From Phoronis australis (lineage: Eukaryota; Animalia; Phoronida), in the NCBI GenBank assembly GCA_002633005.1, contig NMRA01000180.1, positions 371,955-435,954 on the forward strand: DNA of 64,000 bases. Reading direction: 5' to 3'. Shown in pieces: positions 52,501 to 63,321 of the stretch. A model generated the notes under the pieces. The model did no database searches, was not told the origin of the DNA, and was given only the letters and a program-made list of their open reading frames with translations. The first letter of the stretch is position 1; each line of letters begins with the position of its first letter. The position numbers were made by a program, and so were the translations under genes.

Positions 52501-55500
52501 TAGTAACTGAAAGTTTTATATGAATTTGACGAGCCATTTCTGAGGTATGATGTTCCCAAGCTGGCCAAATTTGGACATTTTTCTAGGGTAGCGTTAGCAT
52601 GTTTTTGCTCAGAAAGGAGACGAATTCACAAGGATTGTTACAGCATTTATTTTATAAAGTGAGATAAAACATTCTATGAAAAATGTTAATGGAAATTGTG
52701 GAAATGTTATTTTTGCAATATCAAGAAATAATCGAGCTTCGTTTGCTTACTATTATTCCAGGTGTAGTGTAGAACAGACTAAACATTAATTTTAATTTTA
52801 ATGTTTGTGTTTGCATCGCCAGTAGGCTATTGCTTCATGGATTGTTCACAAGATGTCAGTTTCATTTCACTACCATTGAAACCTATCAAGTTACAGAGTT
52901 TTGGTCAATATTATAACATGTATTGGCTGCTGTTGAGTTTCTTTAAGCTCAGACAGTAATAATCGTTTTCCATTTTTCAAAAGCTCAAAATTAATTACCA
53001 AGTGTTCAGAATTTTACCATGTGATGGTTGATGACTGAGTTGACTGACAAAGAAAATTTTTCATCCTGCGGTAGTTTTTGTTTTGTTTCGCACACAAATA
53101 ATTGCAAAAATATCCTTTTTTTCATTTTTCAAATGCTGATTAACATTTTTGCAAATAATGTAAACTTAAGCCAAAGTTAATGTTGTTTGACGATGTCAAC
53201 ACATTACAAGCCATGCTTATAATAGACTTAAGTGCTCTTAATCTTTTAATTACCGGTTTTCTTGGGAAAATTAAACAAAACAGAATTTCACTTTTTGGAC
53301 ACATTGTGTGCTAAATAAGTGAAGAATTATAATTGTTAAGAAATTTGATTGAACATACTAAAATTTTACCATTCTTTGATATTGTGTCCTAAATTAAAGA
53401 GTGCGCTACAGTGTTCAATAACCTGTCACATTCTTGACCTGCAGAGAAGAGTACTGTTGTGGCAACTGAACCATTCTCATACATGAACCTCAACCTGCCC
53501 CGCCCGTCACCCATGGGTGATTCAATGCTGTCTATGCAGGACGTAGAAACTGTTTTCCACGAGGTGAGATATCTGTGGGGATGCAGTCCATAATTTCAGT
53601 TGAATTAAGAGCCTAGTGAGTGTAATGACATGTCATAGTGGTTACATTACATTGAATCAGATCATAGTGAACACAGCCTCGTCCCCAAGCCTCTAGACGG
53701 CGCTGTTGGGTTTAGCCATTTGAGGCTTGGTTATGGGAAATGAAATATGTCAGATTTCTGACACATTTTTACAGAAATCGCCTGAATATTACAAGAAAAA
53801 TAATTTTGAAATTTTCTGCAGTTTTATATAAAATGAAAACTAGCAGTATATTGCAGCTATTCAGGTCTAAATTATTGCAAAAATGATGTATTTTGATTTG
53901 AAAACAGATTAATTTATATGATATTATTAATAAAAAAATAATGGAAAATAAGTATGACAGCCACGTTTATCCAAAACAATGCCTTCTGCTTCATGAATGT
54001 CAGCAACAATGCCTGTGAAAATAATTAAAGTCTGCCTTTGTTTTAATGACATCAAGGCAGCGGCCAATCATTGCGCAGAAGATAATTCCCATAACCAAGC
54101 CTCAAATGGCTAAACTGATCAGCGCCATTTTGAGACTTGGGGATGAGGCTGATAGTGAACACCGAGAGACGTGTAGTTCATGTGAAACATTGTTTATTAA
54201 AAGGATGAGGTCGTAAAAGGGATTGAAATGCATCTTTAATTTTTTTAACTAAATCCATCTTTCTGAATCATTGAAATATGAAGCACTGATTTTGAGACTT
54301 TTGTTTTTAACTATTATTATCGGTTTTATGGCCAAAAATTCATTTTTAGGATTATTGTTGCTTGGGATTAACTTCTTGAAGTTATTAACTTTGACCATAG
54401 CTATAAAAAACAATATCCATTGCTTTTTGTGGTTTTATTACAAGTCGAAAACCTGAAAAGGACCTGCATTTACATTTTGTGCGAGGTAAAAAATGTTAGT
54501 ACCGGTCCTGTTTGCTTCATATGATAGGCAACATTCAAAAAGCTTTCATGAACTTATTATTGGCTCCTTGTGAGACACTGTGCTGAGTTGATCAAATTAT
54601 TAAACTTAATAGACCTTTCATGAGATAAGAACCAAGATGCATTTTTGTCTCACTTCTCTTGACATCATTGTGCCAACCTGTTCCTGCACAGCTGGAATCC
54701 ATCCGCCTGAGGTTTGTACGACCTCAAGCTGGTTTCCCACTGCAGGACTTTTCACCTTGTGTGAGGTTATGCAGCAAGGTCATGATACTGCTTCACTTTC
54801 TATGCTTATTCGAGAAACCCCATGGGTGGTCTGTTGAGTGACATTTTCCCACCCTTTGATCCCTGATTCGGATCCATATCTCTCATCCTTTTCACTTTTA
54901 GAGATTATTCTGAATATTGATTTCAGTTTGGTCATGGACTGCAACAAATGTTGACTAAGGTGGAGTATAGTGAAATAGCTGGGCAGAAGAACGTGGAGTG
55001 GGACGCACTGCACTTCTGTGCCTCCTTCATGAAGATGTGGCTCACAGTGCCAGACGTACTGCAGAGTGTCAGCAGACACCAAGATACAGGGGAGATAATG
55101 TCCGTAGACCTGGCGCAGAGTGTGATTGCCTGTATGTGGTGTTGCAATGTTTTTGTTTCAGCCGACTTTTGACGTGTTATGAGAAGTTTAGGAAGATGTC
55201 CTGTTAGCTTTTTTGAGATCATTCATATGTGGCTCATACCATAGTCTCATACATACATATGTCCTATTTCTGATAATGAGTCTGCTGAAATCTATTTAGT
55301 TTTGTGTTGGCTTAAATGGTTGATGTGCAGACGCATTTTCTCTGTGGAGTGATTCAGAGAAATCACTTGTGATTACAAAGAAAAATGTAATTTTCACTAT
55401 ATGCCTACTGACCCATAAATCCTCATGCATCACAGTAGTTGAAGTAATCTGTGGTGGTGGGCCATTAACCACCACAGTCGGGAAACGGGGATTGTGTGAT

Positions 55501-58500
55501 TGCTTTTTGGATGTAAGACTTTATTTTCTCTCGCAACAGCCAGAAAACACATGGTATCTTACAACATCATGAAACACCTGTATCTCAGTGCTTACGATAT
55601 GGAGCTCCATGTGAGGTAAGATGTTTTTCAAAGTGATGCCGTGGTCCTGCAGGTATAAATGCTTATTATGCGCCCACATATTTATATGTGGACGCATTAT
55701 GCCGTCATCTCTGTCCGTCCGGCCGTCCGTCCGGGCGGCGGGCGGCGTCCGGCGTCCGCTGCTCTATCTCCAAAACACTTTGACATACGTTCATGAAATT
55801 TGGCACATATGTTCCATTCATGAATGGGACGGCATGTGCGAACTTTCGGACGGATCCGACTACCGGTGTGCCCCCTAGTGGCAATTTTAGTTTTTTACGC
55901 TTACCTTTGTATCTTCAAAAGTCCTGAACGGATTTTCATGAAATTTNTTGTGAGACACTGTGCTGAGTTGATCAAATTATTAAACTTAATAGACCTTTCA
56001 TGAGATAAGAACCAAGATGCATTTTTGTCTCACTTCTCTTGACATCATTGTGCCAACCTGTTCCTGCACAGCTGGAATCCATCCGCCTGAGGTTTGTACG
56101 ACCTCAAGCTGGTTTCCCACTGCAGGACTTTTCACCTTGTGTGAGGTTATGCAGCAAGGTCATGATACTGCTTCACTTTCTATGCTTATTCGAGAAACCC
56201 CATGGGTGGTCTGTTGAGTGACATTTTCCCACCCTTTGATCCCTGATTCGGATCCATATCTCTCATCCTTTTCACTTTTAGAGATTATTCTGAATATTGA
56301 TTTCAGTTTGGTCATGGACTGCAACAAATGTTGACTAAGGTGGAGTATAGTGAAATAGCTGGGCAGAAGAACGTGGAGTGGGACGCGCTGCACATCTGTG
56401 CCTCCTTCATGAAGATGTGGCTCACAGTGCCAGACGTACTGCAGAGTGTCAGCAGACACCAAGATACAGGGGAGATAATGTCCGCAGACCTGGCGCAGAG
56501 TGTGATTGCCTGTATGTGGTGTTGCAATATTTTTGTTTTAGCCGACTTTTGACGTGTTATGAGAAATTTAGGAAAATGTCCTATTAGCTTTTTTGAGATC
56601 ATTCATATGTGGCTCATACCATAGTCTCATACATATATATGTCCTGTTTCTGATAATGAGTCTGCTGAAATCTATTCAATTTTATGTTGGCTTAAATGGT
56701 TGATGTGTAGATGCATTTTCTCTGTGGAGTGATTCAGAGAAATCACTTGTGATTATAAAGAAAAATTAATTTTTCACTATACGCTTACTGACCCACAAAT
56801 CCTCATGCATCACAGTAGTTGAAGTGATTTGTGGTGGTGGGCCATTAACCACCATTGTCGGGCAACGGAAGTTGTGTGATTGCTTTTTGGATGTAAGACT
56901 TTATTTTCTCTCGCAACAGCCAGAAAACACATGGTATCTTACAACGTCATGAAACACCTGTATCTCAGTGCTTACGATATGGAGCTCCATGTGAGGTAAG
57001 ATGTTTTTTAAAGTGATGCCGTGCTCCTGCAGGTATAAATGCTAGTGTTTACCTTGAAATGGGTGCTAGTGAGTATTGTGCAAAAATTTCGAGTTCATAT
57101 TTATTTGCCATGTAATTATTTTTAATCTCAGTGTTTGAAAAAGCAATTCATTCTAAGCGTCACTCAGATTAGACTTTATCATCAAGGACCAGACAGTAAA
57201 TTGTTTGGTCACATGGCTGACCTGTCAATTCTTGGTAACTTCAAACTTTATTAAACCACTGCGCAACACAGTATGCCCGTGGTACCCCTGAATAGGAGAT
57301 ATCTAATAGTGTACCCTTCATATTCATGCAAAATTGTGTGACAATTTACTAGGGCATCTTTTTAGAAAGATGTATTCCGAAGTTCTGCATGAATACTTTT
57401 TAACAATTTCTTGTTGTTTTCAGTAACTCTCACTGGAACAACACAATGGAAAAGTTATGGCCAGAATACATGCCCCTGGAGCATGATGAAGAAGATAACC
57501 ACCCGTGCTCATTGACCTATATCTTCTCTGATCAGTATCCTGCCGCTTACTACTCCACCTTGTGGTCAGAGGTAATACTATTATAGAGAAGCTCATTGAC
57601 CTGTCTTCTCTGATCAGTATCTTGCTGCTTGTCACTCTACCTTGTGGTTGAAGATAAAACTAATGTAGAGTTGATGAATGCGCTGAAGCTATATTTATTT
57701 GAATTATTATTTTAATTATTTATAACAAGTTGCCAGCATTAATTATTTCTTCTTTAAGTGAGTGTGGCTGTGATAACTTTCTTGAATGGAAAAAAGCCGT
57801 TGTCAGTTGCAGTTCATTTTTCATGTTTTCAAGCATTCAGAATTGCAAATAGATAGATCTGAAGAAATGCACTAGATGGCGTAATCACACTTGTGAGTTT
57901 GTTTACAGATGATAGCTGCTGATGCATTTGGAGCTTTCAGAGAAGTCGGTGTCAATGACACCGAGAAAGTCAGTCAACTTGGACGAAGGTGAGAGGTGCT
58001 GCAGTGAAGAGTTTGTCATGCGTTCTCCATTATCTCACGGCAGTCAGTTGAGTGAGCAAACTACTGGGATCTGTCAGATACAGAATTATCTTTATTCCAT
58101 TTCTCAGGGGTTTGTTTGAGTATTTTTCAGTATTGGTGGTATTTTCATGAGAAATACAAATCAGTTAACGTGGGTATATTTTTATTGTTAATTGATGATA
58201 GGTTGTTTGAAACAGTCCCAAATAGGTAGTCATCTATGTTTCTTAAATTTTCACATGCAACACCCCTAATTTAAGGACTAGGGGACCAGATCTTAATTTA
58301 TTTTCATTGAAATAAGAGATCGGTTTCAGATACATTATTTGAGCTCATAAGAAAGATAAGTGATAGAAAAACATTAAATGTTTGTGAGTACACAAAGACA
58401 CAATTTTGATGCAGAGGATTTAGGGAACTCCGTTAGGTCCCTATTTGGGACCGGTTCATGCAACTGGCCTCTGGGCCTTGTTTTATCAAAGGTCCCACGA

Positions 58501-59323
58501 TGCCCAGTGACGGTTAAGTCCATCATAGGTCATAGGTCAAGTTTAACTCGCTCATAAGATTAGCTGTTTATCAAGGTGTTGTTTTAGCACTCAAATTGTT
58601 CGATTCATCCAGAAAGCATGGTGTCGTTCTTCCGAAAACCGTCTATGAGGATTGTTTATAACCAAGCGTACACCAATGAGAAACTGGCACTTGGACTTCA
58701 TTAACCATTCATGCAAAATTAATTAAAGAACTTGGGTCAGTCACTCCTGTTTTTGTTAGAAAAGGGACTGCAGAAATATGTCATGGCAGCGAGGTCACTT
58801 CAGGCGCTGTTTAAGTAACTACAAACCCATTTTCCATTGCAAAAACCACTGTATATTTAGACCACATGACACTATGAAATTGGTGTCACTTGGTTCCTTA
58901 GTAAAGTTAGGAGTAATTTGTGGGCCTGGAAAGAACTGGCAGTTTGTAATTGCTTGAGATTTTCCGACAAATATTTTATTTTCATCCAGCAATAGAACTT
59001 ATTTCATTTTGTCACAGCGAAATTGGAAAATGGCTGTTTGAAGATGAAGTGTTCAGCGTTCCAGTTCCAGACATGCATTGACTGTTAACATAGAGGAAGA
59101 TATTCTTTATTTACCCAAATTTTATCAATGCTGGTCTACAAATCTGGATCTTTTCTACCTTAAATTTACTTTCTTAGCATTTTCCTAATTTATTCTTTTA
59201 AATTCCAGGTTCAAGGATACATTCTTGTCACTAGGGGGCTCTGTTCCAGCTGGCGAAGTCTTTCGCCAATTCCGAGGACGAGATCCTTTGCCTGATGGAC
59301 TCGTTGATTTATACACCAAGTGA
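40490..59323 (+). CDS. M3A family oligopeptidase A-like metallopeptidase with probable mitochondrial presequence; 17 exons, 719 aa
   Basis: Exons 40490-40590, 41878-42041, 42815-42954, 44095-44163, 44574-44734, 45435-45539, 46298-46486, 46781-46882, 48909-49049, 49735-49831, 50363-50510 (or 51918-52065), 53445-53563, 54927-55131 (or 56307-56511), 55540-55615 (or 56920-56995), 57424-57571, 57909-57988 and 59209-59323 sum to 2160 nt in one frame. Motifs [51 protein letters not shown] and FRGRDP match OpdA/PrlC-type M3A peptidases. Confidence 0.93.
41878..42041 (+). CDS. M3 peptidase exon 2
   Basis: attgtag|...[28 protein letters not shown]...HLE|gtatta. Confidence 0.88.
42815..42954 (+). CDS. 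M3 peptidase exon 3
   Basis: gccag|...[11 protein letters not shown]...YRYAFQR|gtttgt. Confidence 0.88.
43042..44038 (+). mobile_element. Full-length degenerate HINE copy (about 1 kb) with internal repeat array
   Basis: 5' end resembles 55664 onward (cattgccgtcatctctgtc). 3' end resembles 150-238 (ggccatttttatggt...caatgc..cgttgctcttg). Internal recurring blocks 'tgaaatttggc' and 'ccctagtggcaattttag'. Confidence 0.75.
44095..44163 (+). CDS. M3 peptidase exon 4
   Basis: ttccag|[23 protein letters not shown]|gtgagt. Confidence 0.88.
44574..44734 (+). CDS. M3 peptidase exon 5
   Basis: aattag|EINADK...[13 protein letters not shown]...SDF|gtagcg. Confidence 0.88.
45435..45539 (+). CDS. M3 peptidase exon 6
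   Basis: ttccag|[12 protein letters not shown]...[13 protein letters not shown]|gtgagt. Confidence 0.87.
46298..46486 (+). CDS. M3 peptidase exon 7
   Basis: cttag|...[37 protein letters not shown]...|gtaagg. Confidence 0.92.
46781..46882 (+). CDS. M3 peptidase exon 8
   Basis: tttcag|[33 protein letters not shown]|gtgagt. Confidence 0.93.
47724..47972 (-). mobile_element. Second (inverted) copy of the CAGGGCTTG MITE
   Basis: CGGGGCTTGG...CCAAGCCCTG; shares catcacctggaaa and tttcctcttatttgatttcc with the reverse complement of 28048-28269. Confidence 0.72.
48909..49049 (+). CDS. M3 peptidase exon 9
   Basis: ttccag|...[13 protein letters not shown]...LWDVAYFRK...|gtgagt. Confidence 0.92.
49735..49831 (+). 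CDS. M3 peptidase exon 10
   Basis: ttttag|...[24 protein letters not shown]|gtgagg. Confidence 0.92.
50363..50510 (+). CDS. M3 peptidase exon 11, copy A
   Basis: tttag|[49 protein letters not shown]|gtgaat. Confidence 0.85.
51519..51742 (+). mobile_element. 3' end of the same HINE family, next to the assembly gap
   Basis: Identical to 15-238. Inserted in a T-run whose empty version is at 50183-50190. Confidence 0.82.
51918..52065 (+). CDS. M3 peptidase exon 11, copy B (probable second haplotype)
   Basis: Same as copy A except ACG>ATG (T>M); lies on the other side of the 916-N gap. Confidence 0.8.
53445..53563 (+). CDS. M3 peptidase exon 12 (ends in FHE of HExxH)
   Basis: ctgcag|...[12 protein letters not shown]...DVETVFHE|gtgaga. 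Confidence 0.92.
53674..54151. mobile_element. MITE with about 65-bp terminal inverted repeats and a perfect 10-bp target-site duplication (Mutator-like by TSD length)
   Basis: ATAGTGAACA at 53664-53673 and 54152-54161. Left end CAGCCTCGTCCCCAAG...TTTAGCCATTTGAGGCTTGGTTATGGGAA is mirrored by TTCCCATAACCAAGCCTCAAATGGCTAAA...CTTGGGGATGAGGCTG. Confidence 0.88.
54927..55131 (+). CDS. M3 peptidase exon 13, copy A
   Basis: tttcag|[38 protein letters not shown]...|gtatgt. Confidence 0.85.
55540..55615 (+). CDS. M3 peptidase exon 14, copy A
   Basis: caacag|...[24 protein letters not shown]|gtaaga. Confidence 0.85.
55664..55946 (+). mobile_element. 5' end of the same HINE family, truncated by the N at 55947
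   Basis: ATGCGCCCACA (55668-55678) is the exact reverse complement of the 3' subTIR. It is followed by partial IR TGTGGACGCAT and a (GTCC)n microsatellite. Absent from the duplicate copy at about 57043. Confidence 0.82.
56307..56511 (+). CDS. M3 peptidase exon 13, copy B (probable second haplotype)
   Basis: 1380 bp offset from copy A; F>I and V>A substitutions plus one synonymous change. Confidence 0.8.
56920..56995 (+). CDS. M3 peptidase exon 14, copy B (probable second haplotype)
   Basis: 1380 bp offset from copy A; I>V substitution. Confidence 0.8.
57424..57571 (+). CDS. M3 peptidase exon 15
   Basis: tttcag|...[26 protein letters not shown]|gtaata. Confidence 0.92.
57909..57988 (+). CDS. 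M3 peptidase exon 16
   Basis: ttacag|[14 protein letters not shown]...QLGR|gtgaga. Confidence 0.92.
59209..59323 (+). CDS. M3 peptidase exon 17 (terminal)
   Basis: ttccag|...[37 protein letters not shown] then TGA. Confidence 0.93.
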
Positions 59324-62040
59324 AGAGAAGTGACTTCACACTCTATGTGTTATTCTATTGATTTATACACGAAGTGAAGAGAGGTGTCTTCACACGCCGT
59401 GCTTTTCTATGGAATCTGTTGCTGGACTTGTTGTAAACAGTCAGTGATTAGTGTTAGTAACACGAGGCACTTGAAATCTGCTATTGTCAGAACTTTCCGA
59501 CTATTCATACTTATGACATTGTGGTACAAAATTTGTATGAGGTTAGCTGTGAAACAGATGATTCAAGGGCAGTGGACTATAGGGAGGTTTTCAGGCTTAA
59601 ATTCAAGTTGGGAGGCAACGAGTTCTGTCTATGGATCAGTGTTTCACCTCGATTCATTTTCCATGTTTTAAGGACTTGATAAAGAACAGCCTCTTGCTGT
59701 GTAATCCTGTTAAAGGACAAGTCTGTCTTGCTTAATGTATTTGTGGACCAGTTTGAAGAGTTTGTGAAACAGTTACGGAGAAAAACAGTATGTGAAATGT
59801 ATGAAAGAGAGCTCGTTTTTCCATGATGTTATTTATGTCATGCTCAACATTTTGTTAGTTGTTTGGAGCAAACGCCTATTCCTCCCCTAAATTATGTAAT
59901 AGTTATTGTTGGGAAGTTTTGAAATTCCATCTGCTCATACATCATGCTACGACATTGTTTGAACCCATGTGGAACGAAGAGCCAGAGTCTTGGAGGGAGA
60001 CTATTTCATTTCAGACCTGCATATACTGATAGCACAGAAGTGTCATTAATTAGAAAACCAGTTTATATTTCTTGTTTGTTGTTATTTAATATTGGTTATT
60101 GCGCATATATATTCTCATGATAATTATTCATCACTAATATTGACAAATAATCATGTAGAAATTCTTTGTAAATAGCTGACTGTGTGATGGATTGCCAGTG
60201 AGTATTGATGAAATACACAATTGATTTGCAGTTCTGCATTAAAACTTTTACAAATTTGTTTTACAGAGTTCAAAACTTTACATTTTAGTAAAGCAAGGTA
60301 AAGGCCCCGTCGCACCAAACTCATTCTTAGAACACCCTAGCCAGTCTTTCTTAGTTTCCTTTCCCCATTTCAAGATCGCACTTTGAACCAACTTTGCATT
60401 ACTGGACCTTTGGATTGTGAGAAAACTCGGTCTTGGTCAGTGTGACAAGTCTAAATTTAAATCTTATCAAATTTGTGTTCCTGACTCCGCAATATCGCTC
60501 AGAATTTTGCCCAAGATTCATGTCTGTGTTCTTTAACACAGTACAAGACTGAAACAGGAAACAACACTGAAAAATAAAAGCTATATATTAACAATAATGA
60601 ATGCACCCCAGTTGGCTTCAACAACTGAAATGTAAAATGCAATCGACTACATGATATTTCAATAACAGATCAAATCAAAATACATTGCACACATACTCAC
60701 ACACAACAGGGGCCTTTTTATCAATGAGTCCATTGACTTGTCTTTTCAATGAAAAAAAATCAGAAACTCGCTACAAATAGCCAAAGATTGAAATCTTTAT
60801 CTTGTGTGTTCCTCAAGACATTTTGTTTTCTGTTTAGTCAAGCAGACTACGGATTTTTATCTTTGGCTTCCAGTTGTAGACAGATTAGTTGATCTTCAAT
60901 CTTAGCCCGATTTTCATCAGTAGGCTGATTTTTAGAAGAAAGACGAAACCCAAAAGACTTCAAGGAACACCCATAGAGAAAGAGCAACCGTTCAAGCTGA
61001 GACATTGGCACAGTTGCACTATACTTTCATAACATCTGAGGATGTCATAAACTCTGAAATGAACACAGAAATATAAGTTTAACACAAAAGGTAGATATGT
61101 CGTTGTATACTTCTGATATTTTAATGCAAGCGATAAAAGTTTTTAGCAACAACAGATTGGAACAATTCACAGAAATTAATCAAATGGTAAAAGAAATTGT
61201 TACATAAAAGTTTTTGTCACCAGAACATATTTCCATTCCAACAAAGTAGTTTCATATAAAGAAAAAAGAGGACAAAAATGTAATAAAACGCATTTCAGAT
61301 AAGTTTCCTATAGCTAAGTTCTCCTACATCCAAAACTGGTAAAAATAACAAGTGGTCTGTCTTCTATTTATGATGACACTGGATTATAAGAACTCAGATT
61401 AGAAATGTTTAGGAATAATAAGCACAACTTGTGGTAAATCTAGTATCTACTGTCTTCCAACTTTCCTTATTGATCAGCTAAATCCTTTCTAAGATTTAAC
61501 TTACCATAAAAAAACAAGTTCAGCGCCTCTTTAGTTAGGTGTAACTCTTTTGGCTGGATTTTGGCACAGATAATTCTATCTAAGAGGCACTCATGTTCGA
61601 TGTTGTCAAAGATTAACTTGAAGCACCGAGCCACTTATAAGAATGAAGTAAGCGCCCCCAGTGTTCAGGTGAAGAAACCTGAATAACCACTCACAGGCAC
61701 TCTTACCATTAATGATTTTTAGTGCAAGTTATCGAAAGTGCAACTACGTGCAAAATGAATACTTTAAATCCACAACCATCTGCGACGCTCATCTCTCAAG
61801 TTAAATAATAATGTTAATACATATTATCAAAGTATCTAGAACTAAATATGAGACACTTGAGCTAATTATATTAAATTAATCTTCCAGACTACAAGGCAGT
61901 AGTCTCAGCAACTTGTAGTTTTGTCTGATGAGGGAGTTGTGTGGCAAGACTGCGTGGTTTGAGAGTCAGCATAATATTTTGCAGAAGCTGGTAAATAGGG
62001 TTATGCAGACCATGGTAATGGATCCACTTTGGCACTAGAC

Positions 62041-62165
62041 GGATCTACTTCTCACTCAGCGGATCTACTTCTCACTCGGCAGATCTACTTCTCACTCAGT
62101 GGATCTACTTCTCACTCAGCGGATCTACTTCTCACTCAGCGGATCTACTTCTCACTCAGTGGATC
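62041..62165. repeat. 20-bp minisatellite, 6 copies
   Basis: (ggatctacttctcactcagc)n with minor variants. Confidence 0.95.
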
Positions 62166-63163
62166 GCCAACAAGCACCAGTCTTCCTCCTTCACAAACTG
62201 CACACGAGTTCCCATTAATTGAACTATTTTTTCACCAATAGAATTCTATTCCCACTTGCTGTATTTCTTTTCACATGACTTGCAAACCTGATCTGATGAG
62301 CACACTTATTTTCTTACAAACTACACCCCTTTAAATTCAGCAACAGAAGGCATTGCTTGCACATAATATGCATAATGCTTTGAACAAAGTCTACCTGTAA
62401 ACTGAAACTGGGAGCACATGCGGTTCATGACAAAATAAATGTATTCATACAAACACAATTGCAATGCACGTGAAAAGAACTAAAGCATAAGAATCTAATC
62501 AATAAGGCATCATCACCACGTATACAATGCCAAAGCTTAGCGACTGACCTGTGAATTTGTTCACCCGAGGTCACTGCAATAGGTAATACTAGACCAAAGC
62601 CCAAAACCAAACTGGTACAACTGCTCCACTGCTTTAACCAGATATCGCAATCACATTACTGATGCTAGGACATCTTAAACTAAACCAAAGCCCTGCGACT
62701 GCTCAATGGCTTTAACTAGCTTCTCTTGTAGTCTCTGTTTATTAGTGTACTTGGGTAGGTCCAACAGGTTGAAACAAGTGTGTGCCACAGGTAAGAAATC
62801 TTCTCCGCCTCCAACAGGCTGAATTATTACCTGTCAAGTAAAACATTGGCGTGAAGAAACTAGCAACTTTAACACTATTCGATAGAGTAAAACAAAAAGA
62901 CACCTTCGTGATTAGAATGTTCAATTATTTTACAGAAGAAGTCCTTATTGTCATACCTCATGGCTAGGATTTGACACGTGGACTGACAACTTATAATTAA
63001 CACAAGTGACCAACAGAGTGGTGCTATACTTGGACACTCTCCTATGCTCATAAAGACATAATAATTCATTGTTTCATTCATGAGGCATTTATCACCTTTG
63101 TTACAGTGGCTGCAAGAGATTACAAGGAGATTTCTTTCTCCAGATTTATCTCTAATGATAGAA

Positions 63164-63321
63164 ACAGTAATATGTCCTTTTACAACCACCATACCTCAGA
63201 CATTCAACAGAATGGTCAGTAATACGTCCTTTTACAACCACCATACCTGACATTCAACAGAATGGTCAGTAATACGTCCTTTTACAACCACCATACCTCA
63301 GACATTCAACAGAATGGTCAG
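63164..63321. repeat. About 52-bp minisatellite, 3 copies
   Basis: cagtaatacgtccttttacaaccaccatacctcagacattcaacagaatggt repeated three times. Confidence 0.92.

Larger units (their letters stand above)
54568..57043. repeat. Duplication 54568-55663 / 55948-57043 split by the HINE 5' end and a single N; probable haplotypes
   Basis: N at 55947; exons 13-14 and their introns duplicated with SNPs. Confidence 0.9.

Noticed and set aside
54927-56995. Dscam-like mutually exclusive exon cassette
   Set aside because: Introns are nearly identical between copies and the breakpoints sit on Ns; allelic duplication is more parsimonious.
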